Below, one piece after another: positions 36,654-45,831 of a DNA stretch of 64,000 nt (positions are counted from its first letter, which is position 1; the number at the start of each line of letters is the position of its first letter). The DNA comes from Methanoregula sp. (GTDB lineage: Archaea > Halobacteriota > Methanomicrobia > Methanomicrobiales > Methanospirillaceae), in assembly GCA_041653075.1 (NCBI GenBank), contig JBAZFZ010000004.1, forward strand, positions 2,699-66,698, given 5' to 3'. The notes under the pieces were generated by a model. That model saw only the letters and a list, made by a program, of their open reading frames with translations, made no database searches and was not told the origin of the DNA. The position numbers were made by a program, and so were the translations under genes.

Positions 36654-37921
36654 ACGGTGCGGCAGCGCTTGCGGAAGCACTCCACAGCTGTACTGACTAT
36701 CAGTATACCGTACCCGGTTTTCCCATCACGGAAGTCGGCACCCTTACGGGAGCAACCCTTGCGGTCAATGAAAAAACTGCATTAGAGTATGCTCTCGGGG
36801 ATTCCCTTGCCGGGAAACGGGCTGCTGCGATTATCAAGAATGTCGGGGTGAATGCATGTGCCGACCCGCTGGTCAATGCAACTGCGCAGGGGCTTATTGG
36901 CGGAGTCCTTCTTGTTGTCGGCGACGATCCTGAAGCGGTCGGGTCCCAGACTGCACAGGACTCCCGGTATTACGGGGAACTGGCAGAGATCCCGGTTCTC
37001 GAACCCGATGAATCGACCCTTTTTGCCGCAGTTGAATTGGCGCTTGAGGCATCAGAAGAGTCCTCCCGTGTCGCTATGCTCCGGGTGACCCCCCGGCTGC
37101 TGGATGCAGAAATGGAGTGGAGACCGGTAAAAAGGCAGGACCGGAAAGGACATCTTTCCCCGCGTGACCTTACCATGAACGGCCGGGTGACTGCCTCACA
37201 GGAACTGTACCGCACCCTGTTTGCCTGGTCGGAGAGTTCTCTGCTGAATACCTGGAATGCAGAACCCCTCGGCGCCGGACCGGCCCCGGGGAAATCCCGG
37301 GTGGTGACCGTTCATCCCGTCCCGGGTCGCGTTTCGGGTTACCTCCGCATAAACGAATGCGGTCGGTCGTTTGTCCGGGACCACCGGGGGGTTATGCCGC
37401 CGGAAATCGGGGGCGCACCCAAAACGCTGAAAAAAAGGGGTTTCTACCGGACATTCTGCAGGGAATGTCCATATAAACTCCTTCTTGACCTTATGAAATC
37501 CCGTGATATGCGGCCGATCTGCGATGCCGGCTGTTCGCTCTATGCAATGAATCCGCAGTACAGTATGGGTCTTGCAAGCTACGGCATGGGTTCAAGCATC
37601 GCAGTTGCCGCCCGGAGCACGCACGTAGCTCTGCTCGGCGATTATGCCCTGCTCCATTCAGGGATCAACGCCCTGATCGATGTGTATGAGAAGAGATTTC
37701 CGCTCCTGTGCGTCGTGATGAGAAATCACTGCGCAGCGATGACCGGAGGCCAGCCTGCAAGCGATCCCCTCCCCTACATTACCTGGGCAGACCCGGTTGT
37801 CTGCGGTGCGGAAGATGAACATCTTCTCGGCAACGTTATCCGGCAGACGGATACACCGGTGACGGTGGTCGTGGAAGCACAGTGTCCCGAGGGAGTACAT
37901 CATGAAACCGTGGAATGTTGA
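36650..37921 (+). CDS. ThDP-dependent enzyme, truncated IorA (indolepyruvate oxidoreductase alpha)-like
   Basis: PGFPITE, NEKTALE, KNVGVN..ADP, GDDP..SQTAQDSR, FCRECPY, DAGC, GDYALLHSG...N..AMTGGQ; no C-terminal ferredoxin domain. Confidence 0.85.
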   Translation: MNGAAALAEALHSCTDYQYTVPGFPITEVGTLTGATLAVNEKTALEYALGDSLAGKRAAAIIKNVGVNACADPLVNATAQGLIGGVLLVVGDDPEAVGSQTAQDSRYYGELAEIPVLEPDESTLFAAVELALEASEESSRVAMLRVTPRLLDAEMEWRPVKRQDRKGHLSPRDLTMNGRVTASQELYRTLFAWSESSLLNTWNAEPLGAGPAPGKSRVVTVHPVPGRVSGYLRINECGRSFVRDHRGVMPPEIGGAPKTLKKRGFYRTFCRECPYKLLLDLMKSRDMRPICDAGCSLYAMNPQYSMGLASYGMGSSIAVAARSTHVALLGDYALLHSGINALIDVYEKRFPLLCVVMRNHCAAMTGGQPASDPLPYITWADPVVCGAEDEHLLGNVIRQTDTPVTVVVEAQCPEGVHHETVEC

Positions 37922-39029
37922 GATCTGTGACGTAACGTTACGGGACGGAGAACAGACACCGGGAGTGTCGTTTTCCTGCGAGGAGAAAGTGGATATCGCC
38001 CGGACCCTTGATGCCATAGGTATCGAGGTTATCGAGGCCGGGTTTCCCGCAGTATCCGATAATGAGAAAAAGTGCGTGAAGACTATCGCAAACCTCGGCC
38101 TTGACTCCAGAATTTGCGGTTTTGCCCGGGCACGGGAACCGGATATCCTGGCCGCGATCGACTGCGATGTGGACATGGTTTCGATCTTTATCCCGACATC
38201 TGATCTTCACGTTCGCCTCAAGTTCAAAAAATCCCGTGAACAGGTCCTTGAAGATGCCCTTGGCATGATCGATTTTGCCCGGGATCACGGTGTAAAGGTG
38301 CGGTTTGCCGCAGAAGATGCCTCACGGACCGATGTAGCCTTCCTCAAGGACGTTTACAATGGTGCTGCAGAGCACGGGGCGCTTCTTGTCAGCTTTGCTG
38401 ATACGGTCGGCTGCCTTGTCCCCAACGAGATGCGCACGATTATGACCGACCTTGTGTCTTCTGTTAAACTGCCGCTGTGTGCCCACTGCCACAACGATAT
38501 GGGATGTGCGGTCGCAAACACGATCACGGCCGCAGATGCGGGAGCCTTCCAGCTCCACACCACGGTAAACGGCATCGGGGAGCGCTCCGGGAATGCATCC
38601 CTTGATGAAGTGCTTGTCATCCTCCGGCAGAAAGGCGGGATCGACCGGTACGACCTCTCGTACCTGACAACCCTATCCCGCAAGGTAGAAAAATACTCGG
38701 GAATTACGCTTCCGAGGAACAAGCCGGTAACCGGTGAACTTGCGTTCTCGCATGAGAGCGGCATCCACATCGCAGCAATCCTTGAGGATCCCAAGAGCTA
38801 CGAGTACTTCCCCCCGGATCTTGTCGGGGGAGAGCGGCACTTTATTCTGGGGAAGCACACCGGGCGAAAAGCACTCGAACATGTTGTCTCGTCCCTCGGT
38901 TACGATCTCTCCGAAGTCCAGATCTGCCGGGTGCTCGATCTTGTCAAGGTGCACTCCGAACAGAAGTGCAGCATAACCCCCAAGATCCTCCAGAAGCTGA
39001 TCCGTCGGGCACAAAAGGAGTCTGTCTGA
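37902..39029 (+). CDS. aksA: Homocitrate synthase family enzyme for 2-oxoacid elongation (AksA)
   Basis: DVTLRDGEQTPG, HCHND, NGIGERSGN, HESGIH; 375 aa, without the C-terminal regulatory domain of LeuA/CimA. Confidence 0.85.
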   Translation: MKPWNVEICDVTLRDGEQTPGVSFSCEEKVDIARTLDAIGIEVIEAGFPAVSDNEKKCVKTIANLGLDSRICGFARAREPDILAAIDCDVDMVSIFIPTSDLHVRLKFKKSREQVLEDALGMIDFARDHGVKVRFAAEDASRTDVAFLKDVYNGAAEHGALLVSFADTVGCLVPNEMRTIMTDLVSSVKLPLCAHCHNDMGCAVANTITAADAGAFQLHTTVNGIGERSGNASLDEVLVILRQKGGIDRYDLSYLTTLSRKVEKYSGITLPRNKPVTGELAFSHESGIHIAAILEDPKSYEYFPPDLVGGERHFILGKHTGRKALEHVVSSLGYDLSEVQICRVLDLVKVHSEQKCSITPKILQKLIRRAQKESV

Positions 39030-40240
39030 TGAGCACGCTCTCCGAAAGGATTCTTGGCGCACATGCCGGGGAATATGTGGACCGGAACGTTGACCGGGCC
39101 TATGTCCACGATGGGACCGGAGTCATTGCTCTTGAATCCTGGAAACAGATGGGAGGCGACCGGCTCGGGAAAGATACCCGGTATTATGTCCTCTTCGACC
39201 ACATTGTCCCGGCAAACAATGGTACGACCGCAACCCTCCAGCAAGAGCTTCGGGATTATGCAAAGAAATCCGGAATGCAGTTCTCCGATATCGGCGGCGG
39301 CATCTGTCACCAGCTCATGAGCGAGGGCATCGTCCGGCCCGGGGAGGTTGTTGTCGGTGCAGATTCGCACAGCGTCACAGGTGGGGCATTCGGGGCATTT
39401 GCCACGGGAGTCGGAGCAACCGATATGGCCGCAATCTGGCTGACCGGTGAGACCTGGTTCCGTGTCCCTGAGTCCGTGGGGATCCATCTTGCCGGCAGAC
39501 TATCAGGAGCTGCCGAAGCAAAGGATCTTGCCCTTATGTATGTCGGGAAACTGGGGACTGACGGGGCGACTTACCAGGCCCTCGAATTTATCGGAGAGGG
39601 TATCCGGAGCCTCTCCATGGATGAGCGCCTGGTGCTTTCCAACCTTTCTGTGGAAGCCGGGGCAAAGGCCGGGCTTTTCTATGCTGACGATGTGACCGTT
39701 CGTTACCTTAAGGAACAGGGTTGCGAAGCTGCCACGCAGGATATCGAACCCTGTGCCTATGCTCGGGAGCTCGATCTCGATCTCGCGGATGTCGTCCCTC
39801 TTGTGGCGGTCCCCCACCGGGTGGACACGGTAAAACCCGCAGACGCCTTGGCCGGGCTCGCTCTTGACCAGGTCTTTGTCGGGACCTGCACGAACGGCCG
39901 GTATTCCGATCTCGCCCGGTTCGCACGGCTGGTCAAAGGCAAAAAGGTCGCGGTACGGACCATTGTTATCCCTGCTTCGGCAGCCATCCTTGAGAAAGCG
40001 ATCATGACCGGTGTGCTCGCTGATATCGTGAAAGCCGGGTGCACCATAGGTACTCCCGGGTGTGGCCCCTGCATCGGGTACCACATGGGAGTTCTCGGGG
40101 AGGGCGAGGTCTGCCTCTCCACTGCGAACCGCAATTTCAAAAACCGGATGGGTGTCGGCGGCGAGATCTACCTTGGCTCGATTGCCACCGCCGCTGCAAG
40201 CGCCTTAAAAGGTGAGATAACCTCACCGGAGGCTGCCTGA
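39029..40240 (+). CDS. aksD: Homoaconitase large subunit
   Basis: HDGTG, DSHS, GTCTNGR, PGCGPCIG, NRNF; TGATG coupling to aksA. Confidence 0.85.
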   Translation: MSTLSERILGAHAGEYVDRNVDRAYVHDGTGVIALESWKQMGGDRLGKDTRYYVLFDHIVPANNGTTATLQQELRDYAKKSGMQFSDIGGGICHQLMSEGIVRPGEVVVGADSHSVTGGAFGAFATGVGATDMAAIWLTGETWFRVPESVGIHLAGRLSGAAEAKDLALMYVGKLGTDGATYQALEFIGEGIRSLSMDERLVLSNLSVEAGAKAGLFYADDVTVRYLKEQGCEAATQDIEPCAYARELDLDLADVVPLVAVPHRVDTVKPADALAGLALDQVFVGTCTNGRYSDLARFARLVKGKKVAVRTIVIPASAAILEKAIMTGVLADIVKAGCTIGTPGCGPCIGYHMGVLGEGEVCLSTANRNFKNRMGVGGEIYLGSIATAAASALKGEITSPEAA

Positions 40241-40710
40241 TGCAGGGACATGGAAAGGCCGTCTGCCTGCCTGCCGATATAGATACCGATATTGTCATTG
40301 CGGGCCGGTACCTGCGGACCAGGGACCGGAGCATCTGGGGTGAACATGTGTTTGAGGACCTCGATCCGTCCCTTGCCCCCCGGTTGAAAGGTGCCGTGAT
40401 TGTTGCCGGGAAAAACTTCGGGTGCGGTTCATCGCGGGAACAGGCAGCGATTGCGATCCATGAAGCAGGCGTTGTCGCTGTTATCGCCCCCTCGTTTGCG
40501 AGGATCTTCTTTAGGAACGCGATCAACATCGGCCTCCCGCTCATCGAGTCGGATATGACCTGCACGGATGGAGGTGAAATCGGGTTCAGCCTGTCAGAAG
40601 GCTGGGTTCGGTGTGACGGAAAGCAGCACGCGATTCGCCCCCTATCCCCCCGCATGCAGGAGATCCTCAATGCAGGCGGGCTTGTGGAATACTGGAGGTC
40701 CCACCGGTGA
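40240..40710 (+). CDS. aksE: Homoaconitase small subunit
   Basis: IDTDIVI, NFGCGSSRE; YLRT loop characteristic of methanogen homoaconitase small subunit rather than LeuD. Confidence 0.88.
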   Translation: MQGHGKAVCLPADIDTDIVIAGRYLRTRDRSIWGEHVFEDLDPSLAPRLKGAVIVAGKNFGCGSSREQAAIAIHEAGVVAVIAPSFARIFFRNAINIGLPLIESDMTCTDGGEIGFSLSEGWVRCDGKQHAIRPLSPRMQEILNAGGLVEYWRSHR

Positions 40711-41507
40711 TTTTCCCCGAGCACTGCAAGTTCGTGGGGCTTGCGACGACAAAACCCTGTGGCGACCGGGTCTATACCCTGAGCAGGTACCTACTCCGGG
40801 AGGTAAGCGAAGGATACGAGCTCATTGAGGTTACGCTGGATCCGACAGAAAAGACGGTCATGCGGGATATCGCCGCCTCCCGGATCCTTGCGACCCCGGG
40901 CGAGATTTACCGGTATCCGGAGAGAGTCCGGCTCAACGACCGGGCCCGGCTGGTTCGGCTCGCCCTTGAATCCGGGTACCGCTGCACGGTCTTTACCGGC
41001 CTTGAGGAAAACATGACTTTTGTGCTTGACCCCGATCTCTCCGGGTTTTTGACGGTGCATGTCTACGATGTTATCCCGCCCCGGCCAACCCTTTCGGCAA
41101 GTATCCGTGAGATAGAGGAGATCGGGCTCTTTGGTGATCTCTCCGTGGTCTTCGAGCATCATGTCCGGGACATTTCGAAGATTCCCGCAGATATCTATCC
41201 CTGCCGGGCCGCCGGCTATCCACGGACGCTGGATGCAGACTCCTTAAAAAGCGGCGACCTGGTGGCAGGATGCCTCACGGCAACGCAGCTCTGTACTGAG
41301 GTCTACGGGAAGGAGTATACGCTTGAGAATATCTGTCCGCTGGAACAGGTCAAAGAGGAGCCGTTTATCGCCCGGTGCTGCCGTTTAGAACGTGAAGGCG
41401 TGGGGATCTGGCACGGGAAATACGGTGCCATCGTCCACTGGGGTGCAAGCCCGGCAAAGATCTTCCGGTCCGTGCAGGAGCTTGTCGGCCAGTGGAGGGA
41501 AAAATGA
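40707..41507 (+). CDS. Cys-rich hypothetical protein inside the aks operon
   Basis: GTGA and ATGA overlaps on the two sides; motifs DVIPP, YPC, GC, ICP, RCC, VHWG. Confidence 0.85.
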   Translation: MIFPEHCKFVGLATTKPCGDRVYTLSRYLLREVSEGYELIEVTLDPTEKTVMRDIAASRILATPGEIYRYPERVRLNDRARLVRLALESGYRCTVFTGLEENMTFVLDPDLSGFLTVHVYDVIPPRPTLSASIREIEEIGLFGDLSVVFEHHVRDISKIPADIYPCRAAGYPRTLDADSLKSGDLVAGCLTATQLCTEVYGKEYTLENICPLEQVKEEPFIARCCRLEREGVGIWHGKYGAIVHWGASPAKIFRSVQELVGQWREK

Positions 41508-42472
41508 CAAAGATTGCCGTTGTCGAAGGTGACGGGATCGGCCACGAAGTGATCCCGGTCGCACAAAACGCCCTTGCCCTGCTCCACCCGGAATACGAGT
41601 TTTTCCCGGTGGATGTAGGATACGGACGGTGGGAAACGACCGGCTGCCCCTGTTCTGACGATGAGATTGCGGCGCTCAAAACTGCGGACGCTGTTCTGTT
41701 CGGGGCGATAACAACTCTTCCGATGAAGGATTACCAGAGCGTGGTCCTGCGTATACGAAAAGCTCTCGATCTGTATGCGAACCTGCGGCCGGTGAAAGGC
41801 GACAATTTTGACATTATGATTGTCCGGGAGAATACCGAGGGCCTGTATTCGGGAATTGAAGAGAGCACGGAGGACCGGGCGACTACGCTCCGGCTTGTGA
41901 CCCGCACCGGTTCGGAACGGATAGTACGGTCTGCACTCCATCTTGCGAAATCACGTTCGGGTAAACTCACCATCGGCCATAAGGCAAATGTACTCAAGTC
42001 CGATGTCTTTTTCCGGGATATCTGCATTGCAGAGGTAAAAGATACGGGAATCTCGTGCAACGACAAGTTCATCGATGCCCTGGCCCTTGATGTCCTCCAG
42101 CACCCGGCTGCATACGATGTGATCGTGACAACCAACATCTTTGGCGATATCCTCTCGGATGTCGCATCGTACCTTGTCGGGGGCCTGGGGCTTGTCCCGA
42201 GCGCCAATGTCGGCGACCGGTATGCCCTCTTTGAACCGGTTCACGGCAGCGCCCCGGATATTGCCGGGAAAAATATCGCAAATCCCATAGCGGCCCTCCG
42301 AAGTGCATCGATGCTCCTTTCCCATCTTGGGGACCGTAAAGGAGCCGGTCGGATCGAATCTGCCATAGCTGCAGTGCTTGCATCCGGTATCCGGACCCGG
42401 GACCTTGGCGGATCGGTCGGGACCGTGGAATTTGGCGGGGCAGTCATCCGGGCACTTGGCTTGACTTCCTGA
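41504..42472 (+). CDS. aksF: Homoisocitrate dehydrogenase (AksF)
   Basis: GDGIG.EV, GAITT...YQSVVLRIRK (HICDH-type), RENTEGLYSG, HKANVL, NIFGDILSD, EPVHGSAPDIAG. Confidence 0.85.
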   Translation: MTKIAVVEGDGIGHEVIPVAQNALALLHPEYEFFPVDVGYGRWETTGCPCSDDEIAALKTADAVLFGAITTLPMKDYQSVVLRIRKALDLYANLRPVKGDNFDIMIVRENTEGLYSGIEESTEDRATTLRLVTRTGSERIVRSALHLAKSRSGKLTIGHKANVLKSDVFFRDICIAEVKDTGISCNDKFIDALALDVLQHPAAYDVIVTTNIFGDILSDVASYLVGGLGLVPSANVGDRYALFEPVHGSAPDIAGKNIANPIAALRSASMLLSHLGDRKGAGRIESAIAAVLASGIRTRDLGGSVGTVEFGGAVIRALGLTS

Positions 42473-42975
42473 CCGTTAATCTGAATCCACCCCGCGATCT
42501 TTTTTAATATCCTTTTCCACCTGCCCGCTGGCTGTCCTGACACCGTATCACGGTCACGTATGTTCAGACAAAGTGCAGCCGTCATGGAGCTATAAAGCTG
42601 TTCTGGTGTTCATCCCCGCGTGTGTATATCATCGCTTCAACGACCGCGAACCGGATTTTCATCTCTGCATTATTGTATGCCACCATACGGGTTATGGGGT
42701 GAAAACAGGCAGAATTCCCGTACGGAATTGTGGGGTGTGTTTCGGGAAGATAATCAAAAAAAGGCTCGCCGGATTCCGAAGATTGTGATCATTATGAGGA
42801 AGGCACGGGACAGATACAAAGGATGGAATGATGAGGAATAAAATTGATGGAAACTGCTTGACCGGTAAGAAAAGATCCTTGTGTTCGCACCGGTATGATA
42901 GCACCCGGTTGGGAATGTTACTTCATTTGGAAAACAGGGAACGGTGGGATATGATTGCCTGGAATAAAAAAGGGA

Positions 42976-44442
42976 TTATCCGAGGAATTTACGTATGTTT
43001 GCAGCCTGGAGGATACCGGTGGGGATGTCGTGGACCCGGTTTTCTTTAACCGCGGAGATGATCCGCCCGGTGATCTCCGTATGTTCTTCGTGGATTTCGC
43101 CATCGTAGATTTCCAGGGCTGCATTCCGCACGGTTTCGGTGAGGAATGGCGAGTCCGGGTTCATGTACCGGATCGCATCTGCCATGTCCTTGTCGAAGTT
43201 CACGTAGGTAGTTCTCAAAAATTCCAGATCCTCTGCGTCAAGTGCTGAAAGTCCGAGGATCTCGGGAGGGACGCCAACGGAGTAGAGGGCCGAGGAAAAC
43301 GCAATGGCCCTAGGGAGGGAAACCCCTCCGGCACTCCGCGAATATCCAAACAGCCCGATGTGGAGCTTCCTCTTTCTCCGGCCGGGGATGTGGGTTGCCA
43401 TCCGGTTGATGATACCGGTGAGGGGCATGAGGTCCTTTGTGTAGGCCTCCGTGTATTTTTCGATGATCGTTAAGCACCGTTCCTTGTCGGGCACAACCGC
43501 CGGTTGGACCGTGCGGTTTTCGAGTTGGCGCACGGCATTTTCAACCTCATCCAGCGGGTAATCATACTTGAACGCTGACTGGATGGTAAACGTATGCACC
43601 GATGGGTACTCGGCGCTGACACGGTCCACGGTATCGGGCCGGAGGTTTCCCCGGAACGGTGCCGAGCCGACACCGATGATCGGGTAAATGGGTGTCCCGG
43701 TTGTTTCGGCTGGCCCTGCGAGGTTTGCAAGGGCAAGTTTGTTGAGGAGGACCGCAGCGACAAGCCCGTAGTTCATCGCCGGGTCGGACCGGGCAAGAAA
43801 CACCCGCTGGTAGGGGAGGTTCTTGTCAAGCAGGTATCTCCCGACAGTTGTGTGGGCATTGAGCATGCTTTCCTTATCCTCAAAGAGCGGGATCACGTTG
43901 ATGTGCTTTGGGGCAAATGTCCCGATCCAGTCAGCGACCGTTTCGTCACGGCCGCCGAGCCTTTTTGACTGCTTGCCGATCACGAAATCCGCGTAATACT
44001 GGTAGATGTTGTCGATTGCGGCATAGCAATCTGTCATCGGAAGGATGACCTCGAATATCGGGGCGATATCCTCTTTGTAAAACAGTTTTGAGATGTCGAA
44101 GGACCGGGGTATGCTTTCCAGTGTCTCAAGCAGGATCTTTGCTTCGGCTTTTTCGATATGGGGGTTTGGAACCCGGAGCGTGAGGAAGAGGTCCTCTCCC
44201 AGTTTCTTTTCGGTGAAGAACGAAGAGTACCGGGTCAGGAGTTTTTTAACGACAAAATTGTCGACTTCTTTTCCTTCGCAGTCCCACATCTGTTCGCGGC
44301 AGCCAAGGTGGGAATAGACATAATATGCTTCCCTGACTTCGTCTTCGCCGCCCAGTTCGGAAGTCTCGGCAAAAAACGGGACATGGACGTTGTCCGGGTG
44401 CTGGGTGCTCATGCATTTGGGGATCCGGGGCAGTTCTTCCAT
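42976..44442 (-). CDS. ppcA: Archaeal-type phosphoenolpyruvate carboxylase
   Basis: IPKCMSTQHPDN, QMWDCEGK, FLARSDPA, GSAPFRG, LPRAI. Confidence 0.95.
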   Translation of the reverse strand: MEELPRIPKCMSTQHPDNVHVPFFAETSELGGEDEVREAYYVYSHLGCREQMWDCEGKEVDNFVVKKLLTRYSSFFTEKKLGEDLFLTLRVPNPHIEKAEAKILLETLESIPRSFDISKLFYKEDIAPIFEVILPMTDCYAAIDNIYQYYADFVIGKQSKRLGGRDETVADWIGTFAPKHINVIPLFEDKESMLNAHTTVGRYLLDKNLPYQRVFLARSDPAMNYGLVAAVLLNKLALANLAGPAETTGTPIYPIIGVGSAPFRGNLRPDTVDRVSAEYPSVHTFTIQSAFKYDYPLDEVENAVRQLENRTVQPAVVPDKERCLTIIEKYTEAYTKDLMPLTGIINRMATHIPGRRKRKLHIGLFGYSRSAGGVSLPRAIAFSSALYSVGVPPEILGLSALDAEDLEFLRTTYVNFDKDMADAIRYMNPDSPFLTETVRNAALEIYDGEIHEEHTEITGRIISAVKENRVHDIPTGILQAANIRKFLG

Positions 44443-44744
44443 AGGTTTTCAGCCACCGGCCTTCTCGGGTTTCTTCCCGATAAACAGCCTTTCTTTGTTT
44501 ATCGTCAACCCTATTTCTTTTTTTGGTTGACAACAGCCCGTGGTATCTCCCGGCCCTTCTTGAACTGTCCCGGTGATCTCACCGGTTTCTTAAAATGCTG
44601 TGTCTTTGGGAGAGATACCGTTTGTCCTGTATATGTACACCCGGGGCCGACATTGCATGGTGCAGAACTCAGGAATTATACTACGGGGTATTTGTTGTGG
44701 AGGTTGTGTTCAGCGTGCCGTTTTTTTTCAGTACGGGTAATTGG

Positions 44745-45340
44745 TCAGGAAAACTCTGGCAAAAACAGTTTCGCAGCACTGTGATGAGTGCCCAAAATTT
44801 TTTCAAGCTGAAAAAATCCGGTCCAAAAAAGTTTCAGGCAAAAAATTATCCCGCGAAAAATGTCTGGTGCCAAAAAAGATCCCGGCAGAAATGGTTTCGC
44901 GGCAGGAAACCGGGGTGTGCTCCAATCGGGAAATCCAAAAATTATCCGAATTTTCCCGAGGGAGATATCCGAATCGTTTCCGAATTGACCCGGTTGTTCC
45001 GGTTTTGAATCAATCTTTTTTGGCCGTCCGGATCTTTCGGCCCAAAAATTATACGACAAAAAAAGTTTCACCCGTTACAATTCGGGCCAGATAATTTTTC
45101 GAGCCGGATCGCGATGCCTCCAAAAAATTTTCAGCGCGAAAAAAAAGTGCCGGAAAAATTTTCACGGCCGGTCTGGAAGATAAGACTGGCTGCAATCCTA
45201 ACCTCGCCGATCCAGGACTTCCGTCGTGAATGGGGGGTACCTTGTGTCAGTTTTCGTAGTTTTGCAGGGAATCGGTCGGGGCGTTCCGGCCAAAAATGGT
45301 TTCGCGCCCGAAAATTTTCGGCTCCAAATATTTTTGGACA
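44745..45340. repeat. Degenerate ~15-16-bp periodic A-tract repeats in a long intergenic region
   Basis: A-tracts start near 44794, 44811, 44825, 44840, 44856, 44872 and 44887; shorter runs near 45044-45058, 45122-45154 and 45292-45326. Confidence 0.55.
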
Positions 45341-45831
45341 GGATGTTGGCCTTCCAAAACAGCTTTTGCTGGAAATCCCCCGGGCCTCTGGCAGGAAGAC
45401 AATCTCGGACAAGGCCTCGTTGTGGATTTCGTTATCCGAAAACCCCGGTAACCTCTGGATCCACCTCCTCGCGGCCTCCTCAGCTCTCTGCCTGATCTCG
45501 TTTATTTCCCTGGCAAATGTGTCCTATCGTCGGCGTCTGGCGAAAACCCGATGTCCGAATTGTATATCAATATACGGTTTATAGTAAAATTCAGGTTGAT
45601 TCAGCCGTTATTTTTCCTGCCGTAAAATATCCTGAAAGCCTTGAGAGAATGTGCGGTTAAAAAAAAAGGAAGGCTGCCTGATGGGGTATGTAACAGAATC
45701 GATGGTATTATTGAGTGGATTACAGCCCAAACGGTTAAAGAATACGCGAAATTCGTGGTGGTAAAAATCGGCTAAACGGAAGTGAAAACAGGTACGCGAA
45801 GGGAATCATGGGGAATGTCGGGCTGCCTTGA

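Noticed and set aside
36650-37921. Calling the IorA-like gene a pseudogene
   Set aside because: The ORF is uninterrupted, catalytic motifs are intact, whole domains rather than random pieces are missing, and it is coupled to both neighbours.
37902-42472. Reading the four enzymes as leucine biosynthesis leuA/C/D/B or as nifV
   Set aside because: The synthase lacks the LeuA regulatory domain, the small subunit has the YLRT homoaconitase loop, the dehydrogenase has a HICDH-type substrate loop, and no nifHDK is nearby.
42573-42975. Short ORFs between aksF and ppcA
   Set aside because: No family motif or consistent coding signal; treated as intergenic.
45131-45525. Minus-strand frame with a helical-looking segment (FAREINEIRQRAEEAARRWIQ)
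   Set aside because: There is no start codon between the upstream TAG and this segment, and the rest runs into the A-tract repeats. It could be a gene remnant but cannot be supported.
44443-45831. Replication origin
   Set aside because: No cdc6/orc1 gene is adjacent and no ORB-type repeats were recognised.
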